Shown: piece after piece, positions 1 through 12,650 of the stretch
How the letters are laid out: every line of letters begins with the position of its first letter
Position numbering within the stretch: the stretch's first letter is position 1
Assembly (NCBI GenBank): GCA_012295275.1
Contig: CM022665.1
Coordinates: 41,850,001-41,914,000 of the forward strand
Direction: 5' to 3'
Origin: Chrysomallon squamiferum
Taxonomy: Eukaryota; Animalia; Mollusca
Length of the DNA: 64,000 bases
Made by a program: the position numbers and the translations under genes
The notes under the pieces: generated by a model
Databases searched by the model: none
Told to the model about the DNA's origin: nothing
The model's input: the letters and a program-made list of their open reading frames with translations, nothing else

Positions 1-68
1 TCAGTTAACTGTACGCATTATTCAAGCGAATTCGCTCTGGGATATTTTTAATGTGCAAATGTATGGAT

Positions 69-115
<47 letters not shown>

Positions 116-1620
116 GTGTATATGTGTGTGGGTGTTTTCTTAAAGTAAAGATATAAAAACTGTCATAGCTTTTAAAATAAAACACCAATGTTGGAAACAA
201 GTATAATATTAACACGCTTGCAAGAAAAAAAAAAAAAAAAAATAAAATAAAGGAAAAAGATAATATGTAACGAGAAGGCTCGCTTCACTGCATAAAAGCA
301 CGGATGTAGAGTTGAAAATAAACACTCGTCCTGCACTTGTGTTCGGGTTACTGTATTATGAAATAAAAAAAGAGATAATATTGATAATAATAAAATATCT
401 GGTTTGACGATGGTTGAAATATTTATTCAGATGTCCCAGAAAAGCGACAAAAAAATAGTCGGCAGAATCAATAAAGAACTGTTAGACTTTCTTTCAATCA
501 TCAGGGAAAAACGAACATCTTAAAAAACAAAAAATAACAACCCCAAAACCCAACAAAAAACAAAAACATATACTGGGTTTGCCTGTAATGTTTTGAACAA
601 GAAATCTAAATCTTTACATATATGCAAACGTTTAATTTTTACAATTTAAGATAACCTTTCCTAATTTTAAAAGGAGAAATAATGATAAACAAATAAAATG
701 TTTGATATAATTTATGGAATTATCGTTTCTAATCTCCAAGTAAAATGCTATATAGTTGCTACTAGCAATGCTCATTTTTGTTCAAAAGTCACATTTAACA
801 CATTGGGAAAAAAAAAAAAGAAAAAAAAAAAAAAAAAAAAAAAAGAAGAAGAAAAAAAAAAAAAAAACTGGGTTAACTTTCTTTAGATCAGTTATTTCTA
901 ATGATACTTAACATTTTAATCCATTACAATTTTAAACTTTATTATTATTATTTAAAAAAAACCAAAAACAAATACAACCAGCTATCAAAAAAAAAAAAAA
1001 AAAAAAGCTTCAACAAACAAACAACAGCATAAAAATGAATAATCTAAAACGAAAATTGTAAGGTGTTCCAAGCTTAGTAAGACAAACAAACATAATTTAC
1101 AATGGATATCTACGTGTGTTTAAAGTAACACCTGTAATTTTCCTATTAGAAATATATGACTGTTCTATCAGTGCATCTGGTACTAGTAATCCGATATGAA
1201 ATTCCTGACATGGGAAGGGAAGATCAACAACAGACGGAGGACCAAGTTAAAATCAGGCGTCATTAGCAAACATAGATACCTTTAATATTTAAAAACAACA
1301 AGACCCCCCCCCCCCCCAAAAAAAAAAAAAAAAAAAAAAACCGGTAATAATACTAATAATGAAGACAGTTATATTCATGATACGTTAACAGGATTAATGA
1401 TGTCAATAATTTAAATGAAGTCCTCATAAGATATGACAGACAGTCGTAACAACAATACTGTATAAACAGGTACATTTTAAAAGCTAAATTTTCAAACCGA
1501 TATCAATACGTTTTTCAACCTCTGAAGTAAAGTTTCACAAAAGTTTCACAACAAGAGAGAGAGAGAGAGATTAAAAAAAAAAAAAAAAAAAATCAGTCGT
1601 GAATGTTATTATGTACTTAC

Positions 1621-1858
1621 CCGTTAAACACTTATGACTGTTCAAAAATTCAAATCTTTGTTCTCGCAAATTCATTACAATCAAGTCTTCCTGGGGGCCT
1701 TCCAGGAACCTGAAAATGGCCGCCCCAAAACACAGGTAGCCCAACATAAACAAGCAGAGAAGTATAAACCTGCATGTCGTATTGCACAGGCATCCGTTCT
1801 CCATCACAGGCCACGGTGCAGTAGCAGACGACCGGCGCGACAGTTCCGAAGTGTTCAT
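1621..1858 (-). CDS. K2P potassium channel (TWIK/KCNK1-like), proximal first coding exon: N-terminus, TM1 and cap helix; rest of gene lies left of the window
   Basis: ATG at 1858 gives MNTSELSRRSSATAPWPVMENGCLCNTTCRFILLCLFMLGYLCFGAAIFRFLEGPQEDLIVMNLREQRFEFLNSHKCLT. This matches the TWIK-type M1/cap pattern Y-L-x-FGA-x-x-F-x-x-x-E-x-P-x-E...FL-x-x-H-x-CL. It ends at donor ACGG|GTAAGT (GT at 1620-1619); 238 nt, phase 1. Confidence 0.85.
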
Positions 1859-2536
1859 TTTCACCAGACGAGTCTATTCTGTTGTCACCGGTGAGGGGGA
1901 GTAGGGAAACCTCTTAACTGAATTTTAATCAAATGCAACGTTCCACTGAAACTGTTTATTCGTTTGGTGATGTCGCTTGAACCAGAAAACATTTACAATA
2001 TATATTCTCTCTCTTTAATTACTAAATACTGGCAAGATAATGTTTGTAAAGCAATGTATACCATCGACCTGTTGCGCTGTCTTCTCTGTTTGCCTCTCTG
2101 TGTATATGTGCGTTGTGACATCTGTTTTCATATGATAGGCCTACCTGTCGAATCAGCGTGGGTTCTTTGCGGTCGCTAACTGCTGACAAGAATAAAACCC
2201 AACAATGGAAAATTCGCTCACGTTGATAATTATTATTGTTAGCAACTTCCTTCAGTGGTCATTTGATGGCGAGAAAAATATACTAATACCGCTGTGATAA
2301 TTAATGATAATTAAGGGGGCTATATCTGGAATATTTTAATAACGTAAACAGTTCGTGAATCATCACCTACGAGTTTCTGTGATATCACTCACTTTCTGAG
2401 CACGAAGAAACCGAAATCATTGTGCTTAATAATTTGAAAGCTGGTACTTCTTTAGACGTTCTGTTACAATGCATGTTTGCACATGCGTGAGCTTGCATGG
2501 TTATGGTACAAATATATACGTGTGTATATATGTATG

Positions 2537-2767
<231 letters not shown>

Positions 2768-2802
2768 TATGCATATATATAAACCCAACATGTTGGGTTG
2801 AG

Positions 2803-2839
<37 letters not shown>

Positions 2840-3521
2840 TTTATATATATATATATATATATATCGAGAGAGAGAGAGAGGCTGCACATAAACCCAACAT
2901 GTTGATTTTTAAGTCTCTTGAATGTCTATGTGATTACCTACCGAGGTATTTAGCATGTTGGCGAGTGTCTTTTGTCCCCCAAGGTGTTCGCTGCATAATG
3001 TCAAGAACCCCTACTTGTTCACGAAGACCGCCCCTGGCGATTATATTATCCTACTTTAAGTTTAACTCATACTAAATTTATCTTAGACTTCACGCATTTT
3101 GCTAAATATAATAAATTTATCATTTTGAAGAAAAGCAGCAACAGAAACAGATAGGCCAAGCATCGGAATATATTCGACAATACTATATGAAAAGGGCGTT
3201 AGTTAATATGATAAGTGTGTTTCACTGTTATATAATGAATTAAGATGTATGGATGATACGTCGGAATATATTCGACGGTATATTATATGAATGGGTGTTT
3301 TACAGTTGTTTAATTGATAAAGATGTATGTATCAGGGTCAGTTGTAAACTTAGCTCATTGCATAAATAAATAAATAAACAATTTTTTAATTTTAATTTGT
3401 TTTAAATTTTACACACACACACACACACAAATTATATATATTTGTTTTACCTATTTGCAGAAACATACTGGTATCGAGTTATATGACTATAAGATATGCC
3501 TGTATATGTGTGTGTGTACAC

Positions 3522-3566
<45 letters not shown>

Positions 3567-3659
3567 GATTGTAACACATGTATGTGCTTATATATATGTA
3601 CCATATATATTTGTATGTGTATGAAGTTGAGTATGTATATTAATGAAATGGTGAATATT

Positions 3660-3880
3660 TAACATATTTTTGATACTGAATAATTTATATTATGTCGTTG
3701 GTCTTTAACATAAAATGACAAAACTGCCAGACTGAAAGCTGCTCCTTCCTACCAATTAGCAGCAAGCAAGGTTCTTTTCATACCCTTACCTAAACAGAAA
3801 AGAACATATATCATGACCTTTGATAAAGCAGTCGTGAACACTGTCAGGAACGGAACAGAGTCTGATGGGAGCGCTAAAGA
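3660..3880 (-). mobile_element. Old SINE-like interspersed repeat (family B)
   Basis: Reverse complement aligns patchily with 24646-24760. Confidence 0.45.
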
Positions 3881-5991
3881 GAACGACTCCTGTGATGTGC
3901 TCTCTCTTGCAACACACGTACGTGCATTTGTGAACGTATGCGAGATTTTCAAAGGATGCTTCGTCCTCTCTTAGCTGTAATAAGCTAACCTTCATCAGCC
4001 TTTCCCCACTGACAGATTTTTGAGACTCTGATTAACGGATGACGACGACAACCATCTCCAAGGATCTACTTATTTACTTTCGGAATGAACGCGAACAATT
4101 CGCACGAGACTTTACGTACGTCGCCAGAACAAGACCGCTGACAGAATCTTCCAGAAATCGTGAAATTCAATCTTCACGCCGAGCGCTTGACTTTCGTGAA
4201 AAGTGGGCTTCTGTGATTAATGGTACACGTAAGACCTCCTGTCGCCTTTCTTAACCCGTGACTACGAAACAATCAGTCTTTAACGCTAACCTCGGCATCC
4301 ACGATTTTTCCAAATGTCGGAACAAAGGGAGATAATTGATGGAGACCTGTCACGTGACTTCGAGCCAATAAATCTGATGAATTACGGTTGTTTAGACCGA
4401 AATGAAAAGATTTTAAACAGTGACTGTAGGATAATGTTGATAATGAATCAATTTTCGCTTGTTAGGTAAGGGTATTCGCTTATTTCTTTTTACGGATAGA
4501 TAATATAAGAAGTGGGAAAAAGTACTCAAACGAAACCTTGGTATTTAAATATCCGTATATATTTTCTCTCAACTGTATGGGAAGGGACATATAAAATATT
4601 CTTATTGTAAACAGTAAGAGTAGCCAATTACTTGACGGTTTTGTTTCTTCTGACATATATTCATCATTAAAAACTAAACAAAAACAACCAAAAATATATT
4701 TGATTCCAAATACTCACTGAAAAGTGTTGTGTTGATATGTCGTGAAATATTTATTAAGTCACTGATTTAATGTTTGCTTTTTATTTCGTTTTCAGAATCT
4801 TCCAGATCCAGATTACAGCCTTTATATAAGGCACCAAAAGCTGCGACACATGTAAAGTTTAATGTTTCCTTAATCCTAAAGCATTTTAATTAGTCATCAG
4901 TTTGTTAAAGCACGTTTGTCTAACCAGTGATGGAAAGGGACATTATGTCTTAAAGAACTCACTTGAACTGTTTCTGTCAGTAACCATTTCTTTCATATTG
5001 ATTCTTCTGATGATGCTTCAGACTAATAATTTTTCTGAATGTGGGGAAAGATGGTTTCGAGTACGTATTTTCCTGGATTTTTAAAACAGAGTTCAAGTAT
5101 GGTTTTTTTTATTTTTTATTTTTTTCTTCTTCTTCTTCTTCTTTTGTTTTGTTTTTCTGTCTGGGAAAGATAATTTCAAGTGCCCATATTTCTGAATCCT
5201 AGAACGATTACTCTTTCCTCTGAATTTGTTTACTGTCGCTTACAGGATAATCCGGATCTTGAAACAGAAATACGAAGATGAAAATAGAAGTAAAAGCTAA
5301 CGTCCTGTTGATGAGACTGTAAATTATGAATATGATCATTGTCGTCGAATTATCAAACAACGGCAAAGCTCACATAAGGATTAATAACCGTCGGTAATGA
5401 TTCTCTTTAACAAAATACGGTTTAAGTTTTATTTTTATTTATTAAGTTATTTACTCTGACACCCTCCCCACCCCACCCCACCTCACCACACCCCGCCTTC
5501 CCACGGGTTACTGAATAATTCTCTATGACGGATCTCAGTATGCAATGTCAGCCGTTTTTGTTTAGAACATGTGCAAATTAGCTTATTCTATTTGTGTCCC
5601 AGTACGTGTTTATGTGTCTGGAAATAGAAGATAATCATAAAAATAGAGTATGGTCGAGAAGGTTGTTGCTCTGTGGTTAAACACTCGACTGGTGAGTTGT
5701 TTATGGTGAGATCAAACCTCCGCGGTGCGCTGGTATTAATGATCACGAAATGAATTTCTGTCTGTGACAAAGAGTAAACAGGAAAATCACCCGCTGTTAT
5801 GATGTATGTATCGTACACCGTGCAAAGGTTAAAAGAGGGATTTGTCCTTTTAAAAATTGGTCCTCGGAGAAATCCTCGCAGTACATAAGAGATTCGTAAA
5901 AGTATAAGGACAGTAATGAATAATTAAATTGATAAAATAAGCAATATTCCATCTTTATATATTTTCTGAAAACTAATAAGTCATTTCTAAT

Positions 5992-6033
<42 letters not shown>

Positions 6034-6252
6034 GATATGTATGCGAATATTGCTAACTGTGCAACTGCAAGTCAATCGTCGAAGAACAGAAAAACAAACA
6101 TGCAAACAAATAAATAAAAAAAAAAAAAAAATAAACAGACAGATAGACAGACAGACAGATAAAAATAGATAAATTATAGATAGGTAGATAGATAATACAT
6201 GCATACCATTCATGCATACGTGCGTTCATACATACACAGGTACATAAATAAA

Positions 6253-6380
6253 AATACATACATACATACATACATGCATACATACATGCATACATACATG
6301 CATACATACATGCATACATACATACATATATACATACATACATACATACATACATACATACATACATACATACATACATA
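6253..6380. repeat. (CATA)n microsatellite
   Basis: Direct reading. Confidence 0.9.
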
Positions 6381-6586
6381 AATACATAGACACATACGAG
6401 TTTGTCAGTATTCGGACCAAGTTTCTATTCATGTATTACTGAATCTGGGTCGCCGGTGCTGAACAGTTCGTATCAACTGTTATTACTAACAGCATAGAAA
6501 TTTCGACGTTCTGATCACGTCGTTGCAAGATGCTTTTCAAATCTCAAAAACCAACGTCTTTATAGTTCTGGATGGACTTCTATTGA

Positions 6587-6634
<48 letters not shown>

Positions 6635-7680
6635 TTGATTATTATTATTATCCTTTTAATCTTTTTTCCTGATTTATTAGGTTAGATAAATTTTTTTGCA
6701 TAAACAGAAAAGTTACCACTGCAGCCAAGAAACATTTATTTATTTATTTTGTGATATATAAAGAATTTACTTTATTTTTACACATACTAACACTTGGGTA
6801 AGCCAACAAATATGTATTATCAGATGCTAAAAAGTCACAAGCATTAGCTTAATAAAATACAACATAAAACTGTCAGAACCGAGCTAATGAAAATCGTTTT
6901 CTTACTAAACATGAAACCCACAACCATTAAGTTAATTTAAAACATCTTAAAATATTAAGATCCGAATCTATGAAGACTATTTCTTTTTGAACCTAAGTTT
7001 TCTTGAATTATAAAAGTACTTAATACATCAACAGAAGCAGCAGCGACAACAACAAAATACGGTTTTCATAAACTGAGTCCTGCGCATGTCTTTATTACTC
7101 GGCAAATCGTCTAAAACATGAAAACAAGCTTCCTTTACAAATTCGGCTTTTAATATCTGAATTGATTCGATCTCATTAATTAACTGAATTGAACGTACTC
7201 GTAAGCCATCATTAATTTATAATATATAAAAAGCCGAAATCGATGAATATAATAATCTCAGCTCTAACGGACGAAACATTTCATAGTAAACTGTCCGGTG
7301 TTTTTTTTTTTTTTTTTTTTTTTTTATCAGAAAAGCAAACAAGAAAAATTGTCCATCACTACAAATTTCAAGAGAAATTAATAAAACAACTTTTGCCACA
7401 CAAAGAAGCGTTGGTTTTTGGCTTAATGAGGTGAAAAACAAACCTTTCCACTGCTGGTTAAAGCGGTTAAGTCCACATAATCAGCTCGGATTAGAGATTA
7501 GGATGAAGCAGACACACGCAGTCGATTGGAGACGTCGCTAATGATGTTCCTTGTCGTATCCCAGCTATTAGCGTTGACGTGGTTAGTTGTACACTAATAA
7601 CTCCATGTACATTTCCTAATTCACTGTTAATATTATATACTTGTAGACATATCTATGCATGCAACCATACATGAATACAT

Positions 7681-8088
<408 letters not shown>

Positions 8089-8586
8089 TGTATGTATGCA
8101 ATGCAGGACTCGTGTGCATGAGTTTCTCTGTATTCACATAAACATACACCCAGAATTCACATAATCACCCACCCACCCACCCACCCTTATGCTACACTAT
8201 CTGTTTTCATCCTTTGTTTAACATTCGGTTGATGTTTCTGAGCAAGGAAAACATCTTGCCAGTAAACCGATACTCCTTAATCTCAGTGATTAGTAACACA
8301 ATATGTCATCCTCTCGCTAATTAGCCAGACCGCACTTTACCGTCACCTTAATTAGTTTTTCACTTTTATTATTTCTCCGTCTCGCCGCAGAACTGAAGCT
8401 TGAAGAAACGCAGATATTAAAACAGCCTCGCTGACGCACCAGATAAACCTTCTGATAACGTGACAGCAGGTATACAAGATCGCATCCCAACGGCAAGAGG
8501 TCCCTACAAATATGGCCACAAAGGATGACGTATTTAACACCAGTAAAATTTCTTTTAACATTGGTTTATTATCTGAACGATCTCTC

Positions 8587-8879
8587 AGATCTCCAGACCT
8601 TTGGATTACTTCCTATGGGGGTACCTCAGATCAGTAGTTTGTAATAAGCGTTCTAAGACAATACAGGTCCCAAAGGATAACATAACAAGAGAAGTTGAAG
8701 ATTTAAAACAAATACTTCCATGCTTGGAAATATGCAAAGGTCTGGCGTTGAACGCGTTACAAAATGTATAGAAGTAAAAGGATGTCATGTGGAACACATA
8801 TTGTACTGATAAAATGATAACTGATAAATTAAATTAAATTAAATTTATTCTGCTGTGTTTCTTTTATACACCCTCCGTA
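8587..8879 (+). mobile_element. Degenerate Tc1/mariner-superfamily transposon 3' fragment (C-terminal transposase relic and probable right end)
   Basis: Frameshifted translation RSPDL/LDYFLWGYLRSVV..KTIQVPKDNITREV../..ERVTKCIEVKGCHVEHILY* matches the Tc1/mariner 'SPDLxPxDxFLWGYLK...RxxxCIxxxGxHxEH' C-terminus. It ends in TIR-like ...TACACCCTCCG followed by TA. Confidence 0.75.
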
Positions 8880-9134
8880 TTAACAGCTATCAAAGTGATG
8901 TATAGGACTGAACTTTAATTTTTATTTTTTTTTTTTTTTTACGTTGCATTATAGCTTAGCTTGCAGGTTTTCAAGTATTTAAGATAAGGATTCCCAGTAA
9001 TTCAAAAATAAGCTGAATGTGTGCACAGTCTGAAATAGAAACTTTTCAAAATTCCAACGTTTACAGGAAAAAAGATTTCTCTTACACTGTTTGTCTTCTA
9101 CTTCACAGAAAAAAAAAAAAAAAAAAAAATGGTT

Positions 9135-10050
9135 TAGGTTAATAAACTTTCCACAGAGCTGTCTTGATTAATAACCCAAATAAATATAGATAATATTTTA
9201 TAACACTGTCTTTTGTTAACTACCTGTGCGTCCGGATAAATATACTGTTACACATTATAACACTGTTTTGAGTTAATAAACTACACTCCCGGATAAATAT
9301 ACTGTTACACATTATAACACTGTTTTCAACTAATAAACTATACTCCCGGATAAATATACTGTTACACATTATAACACTGTTTTGAGTTAATAAACTGTAC
9401 TCCCGGATTACCATACTGTTATTCAATATTGTTTTTATTTAGTAACTCCTGCATCGTGATAAATATACTGTTATACATTTTAATATCTTTTTTTTACTCA
9501 ATAACCTAACTCCCGTATACGTACGTGTATACTGTTACACATTGTAACTTTGTTCTCAGTTAGTAAACCTGACTCCAAATAAATGTAGATTATACTTTTA
9601 TTCAGATGTAACGGCTTTGTGCAATACACCACAGTCTTGTATATTTACAGATACACTTTTGCCAAAATATAACTACTTAGGTTAATAACCTAACCTATGG
9701 GATACATATTTGTATATTTGTATATTTGTTAAGTATTACAACTTTATTTTGAGTTATTAACCTGGACTCTCACATTAATGTAGACAAGTACTTTTATTTA
9801 GATGTAACTGTTTTGAGTTAATGACCTTGGTCCCGGACTCATATTTGAATATAATTATATAATATAACATTGTTTTTAAATTATTAACCCAGACTCTGAT
9901 ACTAATGTAGCTGTACTTTTATTCAGTCTTGGATTAAATACACTAACATCCAAGATAATAAATAATATTCTTAAACATTAAAAATAGTCTTTTTTGAATT
10001 ATTAACCTACACTGTGATAATTAATGTAGGTGTATATATGTATTCGGATG
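9135..10050. repeat. 57-bp minisatellite, degenerating outward
   Basis: Unit CCGGATAAATATACTGTTACACATTATAACACTGTTTTGAGTTAATAAACTACACTC recurs at 9232, 9289, 9346 and 9403, with decayed copies to ~10050. Confidence 0.85.
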
Positions 10051-10858
10051 TATCTGCAGATATACATTTAGTCAAGTGAGAACTGACTTGTGTAAACAGT
10101 CCACTCTGCTAGAGAAATACAGATATCCTGTTACACAGATATTACACTACGTTAACAGCGTGGGTTCGTCGATGTAACATCCACTACAGACCTGATTGCA
10201 ACAGCTTGGTTGTGTTAGACGTTTTTTCCAACATCATCAGTCAAGCAGTGAAAAAAATCAAATATTTTATATTACTTGAATGATCAACAATAAATACAGA
10301 TGCAATAATAATTAAAAAAAGGACTGAAAATTTTACATAATAATAATAATAATGAAGATGATGATGATAACGATGATGACAATATTATTATTATTATTAT
10401 TAAAATAATAATAATACAAAACAAAAAAAACAAAAACAACAACAAATATTTGTTAAAATGAAAGAAGGTGTGGTCTGAGTTTGCTCCGAATAGAAATAAG
10501 TACGAATTACAAACCAGGACGTCCCGGATAAAAATTAATTATATCCGATCACTTCGCCACTAAATATGTCTGAGATACTCTTTTATTTAATACCATTCGT
10601 GTATTCGTGTATTTCTGTGTGTCCGTGTGTCGTGTTTTCGTATGTGTTTCTGTTTGTATATGTACTTATACCAATGTATTGCCTAAAGTGTTATTTTATA
10701 TTCTGTTCAGACTTGTCGACCAACAGACGGAATTATTTTATTTATATTGCACAGAATATTTTACCAGTAGTGGAAGATTTACGTCCCCTGCACTGTGATA
10801 TATGTAACAAATCTACAAAGCTTGAGTGCTGCAAAACCCATATTTTACTTTTTTTTTT

Positions 10859-10906
<48 letters not shown>

Positions 10907-11619
10907 CAGTAGAGATGGGCAATTTCTCACTTAAATTTCCCCGACTATAAAGATTTTAACATATTAAAAGAAAGTTCCAATAAAATTCAATATCAGTACA
11001 TTTTATGCCTCAGAAAAATAATTATTAGCTTGGTCGACTAAATTACATTTCGCAGATTATGATTATCAAACGATTAATAATATATTTGGGTGTTGTAATT
11101 TGTGTATGTTTGTATATAGATTTGTATGAGTTATGTGTATGTGTATATATTACATACACGTGTATGACATGTGTGCGTGCGTGTGTGTGTGTTGTATAAA
11201 ATACATCTAAAGATTGTGAAAGAGCAGATTTCAGACATTGTGCCTAGTTAGGCTGCTTGACAAGCGTTCAGACAAATTTTCCCAACAATTAAACTAAAAA
11301 CAAATTCTGATAGTAAAGGCCATAGTTACAGTTTATTTAGCATAAACTTAAATTCAGATCTGCCCATTCCTTAGTAAATTTAACTAAATGTTGAACTAAA
11401 TATTAGATCATACACACAATTTAATGAGAAATATATCAGTTCTGGTTGTTGTATTAATAAACCAATGAGAGCGTTTCGGTGATGTCAATTGTGTGTATAT
11501 GAAGATACGTGTGTATATGAAGATACGTACGTACGTATGTATGTATGTATTTTAGGATTTGAATATTCTCTAATTAAACTCTGCACATAGACAATATTCG
11601 GGAACGCACTGGCGCAGGA

Positions 11620-11716
11620 GGACAAAGTTCAATCACGACCTCACAAACCCCGTCAGATGCCGCTGACGAGACTCGAACGTAGGGCACCCCGCAGACGATT
11701 TTACCGTTCGGCCATC
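11620..11716 (-). mobile_element. tRNA-derived SINE head fragment (family A)
   Basis: Minus strand has A-box TGGCCGAACGG and B-box GTTCGAGTC; 23 nt (11654-11676) are identical to 27630-27652. Confidence 0.6.
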
Positions 11717-12425
11717 AAGACAACCTTGTGAAAAAAAAGTTTGCTCAATAACCGAGGGTAATCATCGCTTCCAACGAAGCACGCCGTTCTTTTTGTCTTT
11801 TGTCATTTTTGCGTGCATCTATTTTTGTATGTATATATGTATGTATGTATGTGTTTATGTGTGTGTGTGTGCGTGTGTGTGTTATTTTTCCTTTCCTGAG
11901 ACTAAAGCCCAAACCATGAAAATAATATAAAGAAACAGACTGGGGATGTATTTTTTTTCCCCCTCTTTAATACAACATCGCCAACATCAATAAAGGTGAA
12001 GTCTTAACAAAATCATCTCCGTACAGCACCAACGCAAACATCAAAATGTCGATATCTGTGTTCACGTAATTAGTTTGTCGTTAAATTAAAGTGAATCAGG
12101 GAGCATGCTTTAATATATTTAATTACATTCTTTTTGTTTGTTTTTCTCGTCCATTTAGTTCCTTGTCAAGAGTCGGCAGTAACGAGGTAATGTATTAGAT
12201 CTTGAGCAAACAGTTGCTAGAAATTACTGTAATTAGAGAGTTGTTATCTCTTAACTCTGAACATGATGTCCTGTTTTCATCAGACAGTGCAGGGACAATA
12301 ATAGTATTAACTGATTTATTGCTCTTGCTAGTCTTTCGAATTATTATTATTGTTGTTTTTGTTGTTGTTGTTGTTGTTATTGTTATTATTATTGTTATTG
12401 TTGTTATTGTTAATTATTATTGTTA

Positions 12426-12465
<40 letters not shown>

Positions 12466-12540
12466 TGTTGTTGGTGTTTTTATTGTTTTAATCGATTCAG
12501 GAAGGAAAAAAAATAACTAATCGATAAGAGATCTATATTC

Positions 12541-12562
12541 ACACACACACACACACACACAC

Positions 12563-12647
<85 letters not shown>
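12541..12647. repeat. (CA)n-(GA)n microsatellite
   Basis: Direct reading. Confidence 0.9.

Positions 12648-12650
<3 letters not shown>

Noticed and set aside
3749-3995. Minus-strand ORFs ending at a good donor (TGTTTAG|GTAAGG, '...VLFCL|G', phase 1), which looked like a third K2P first exon
   Set aside because: No TM1/EGPQE motif, the Cys is in a different register, and the donor lies inside a SINE-like repeat with other copies in the window
9135-10050. Regularly spaced repeats as a possible CRISPR-like array
   Set aside because: Units are contiguous with no unique spacers, the context is eukaryotic and there are no cas genes
11620-11716. A/B-box sequences as true tRNA genes (also 27596-27710, 28670-28745, 5655-5730)
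   Set aside because: No complete cloverleaf, and the first two share non-tRNA downstream sequence; best explained as SINE heads
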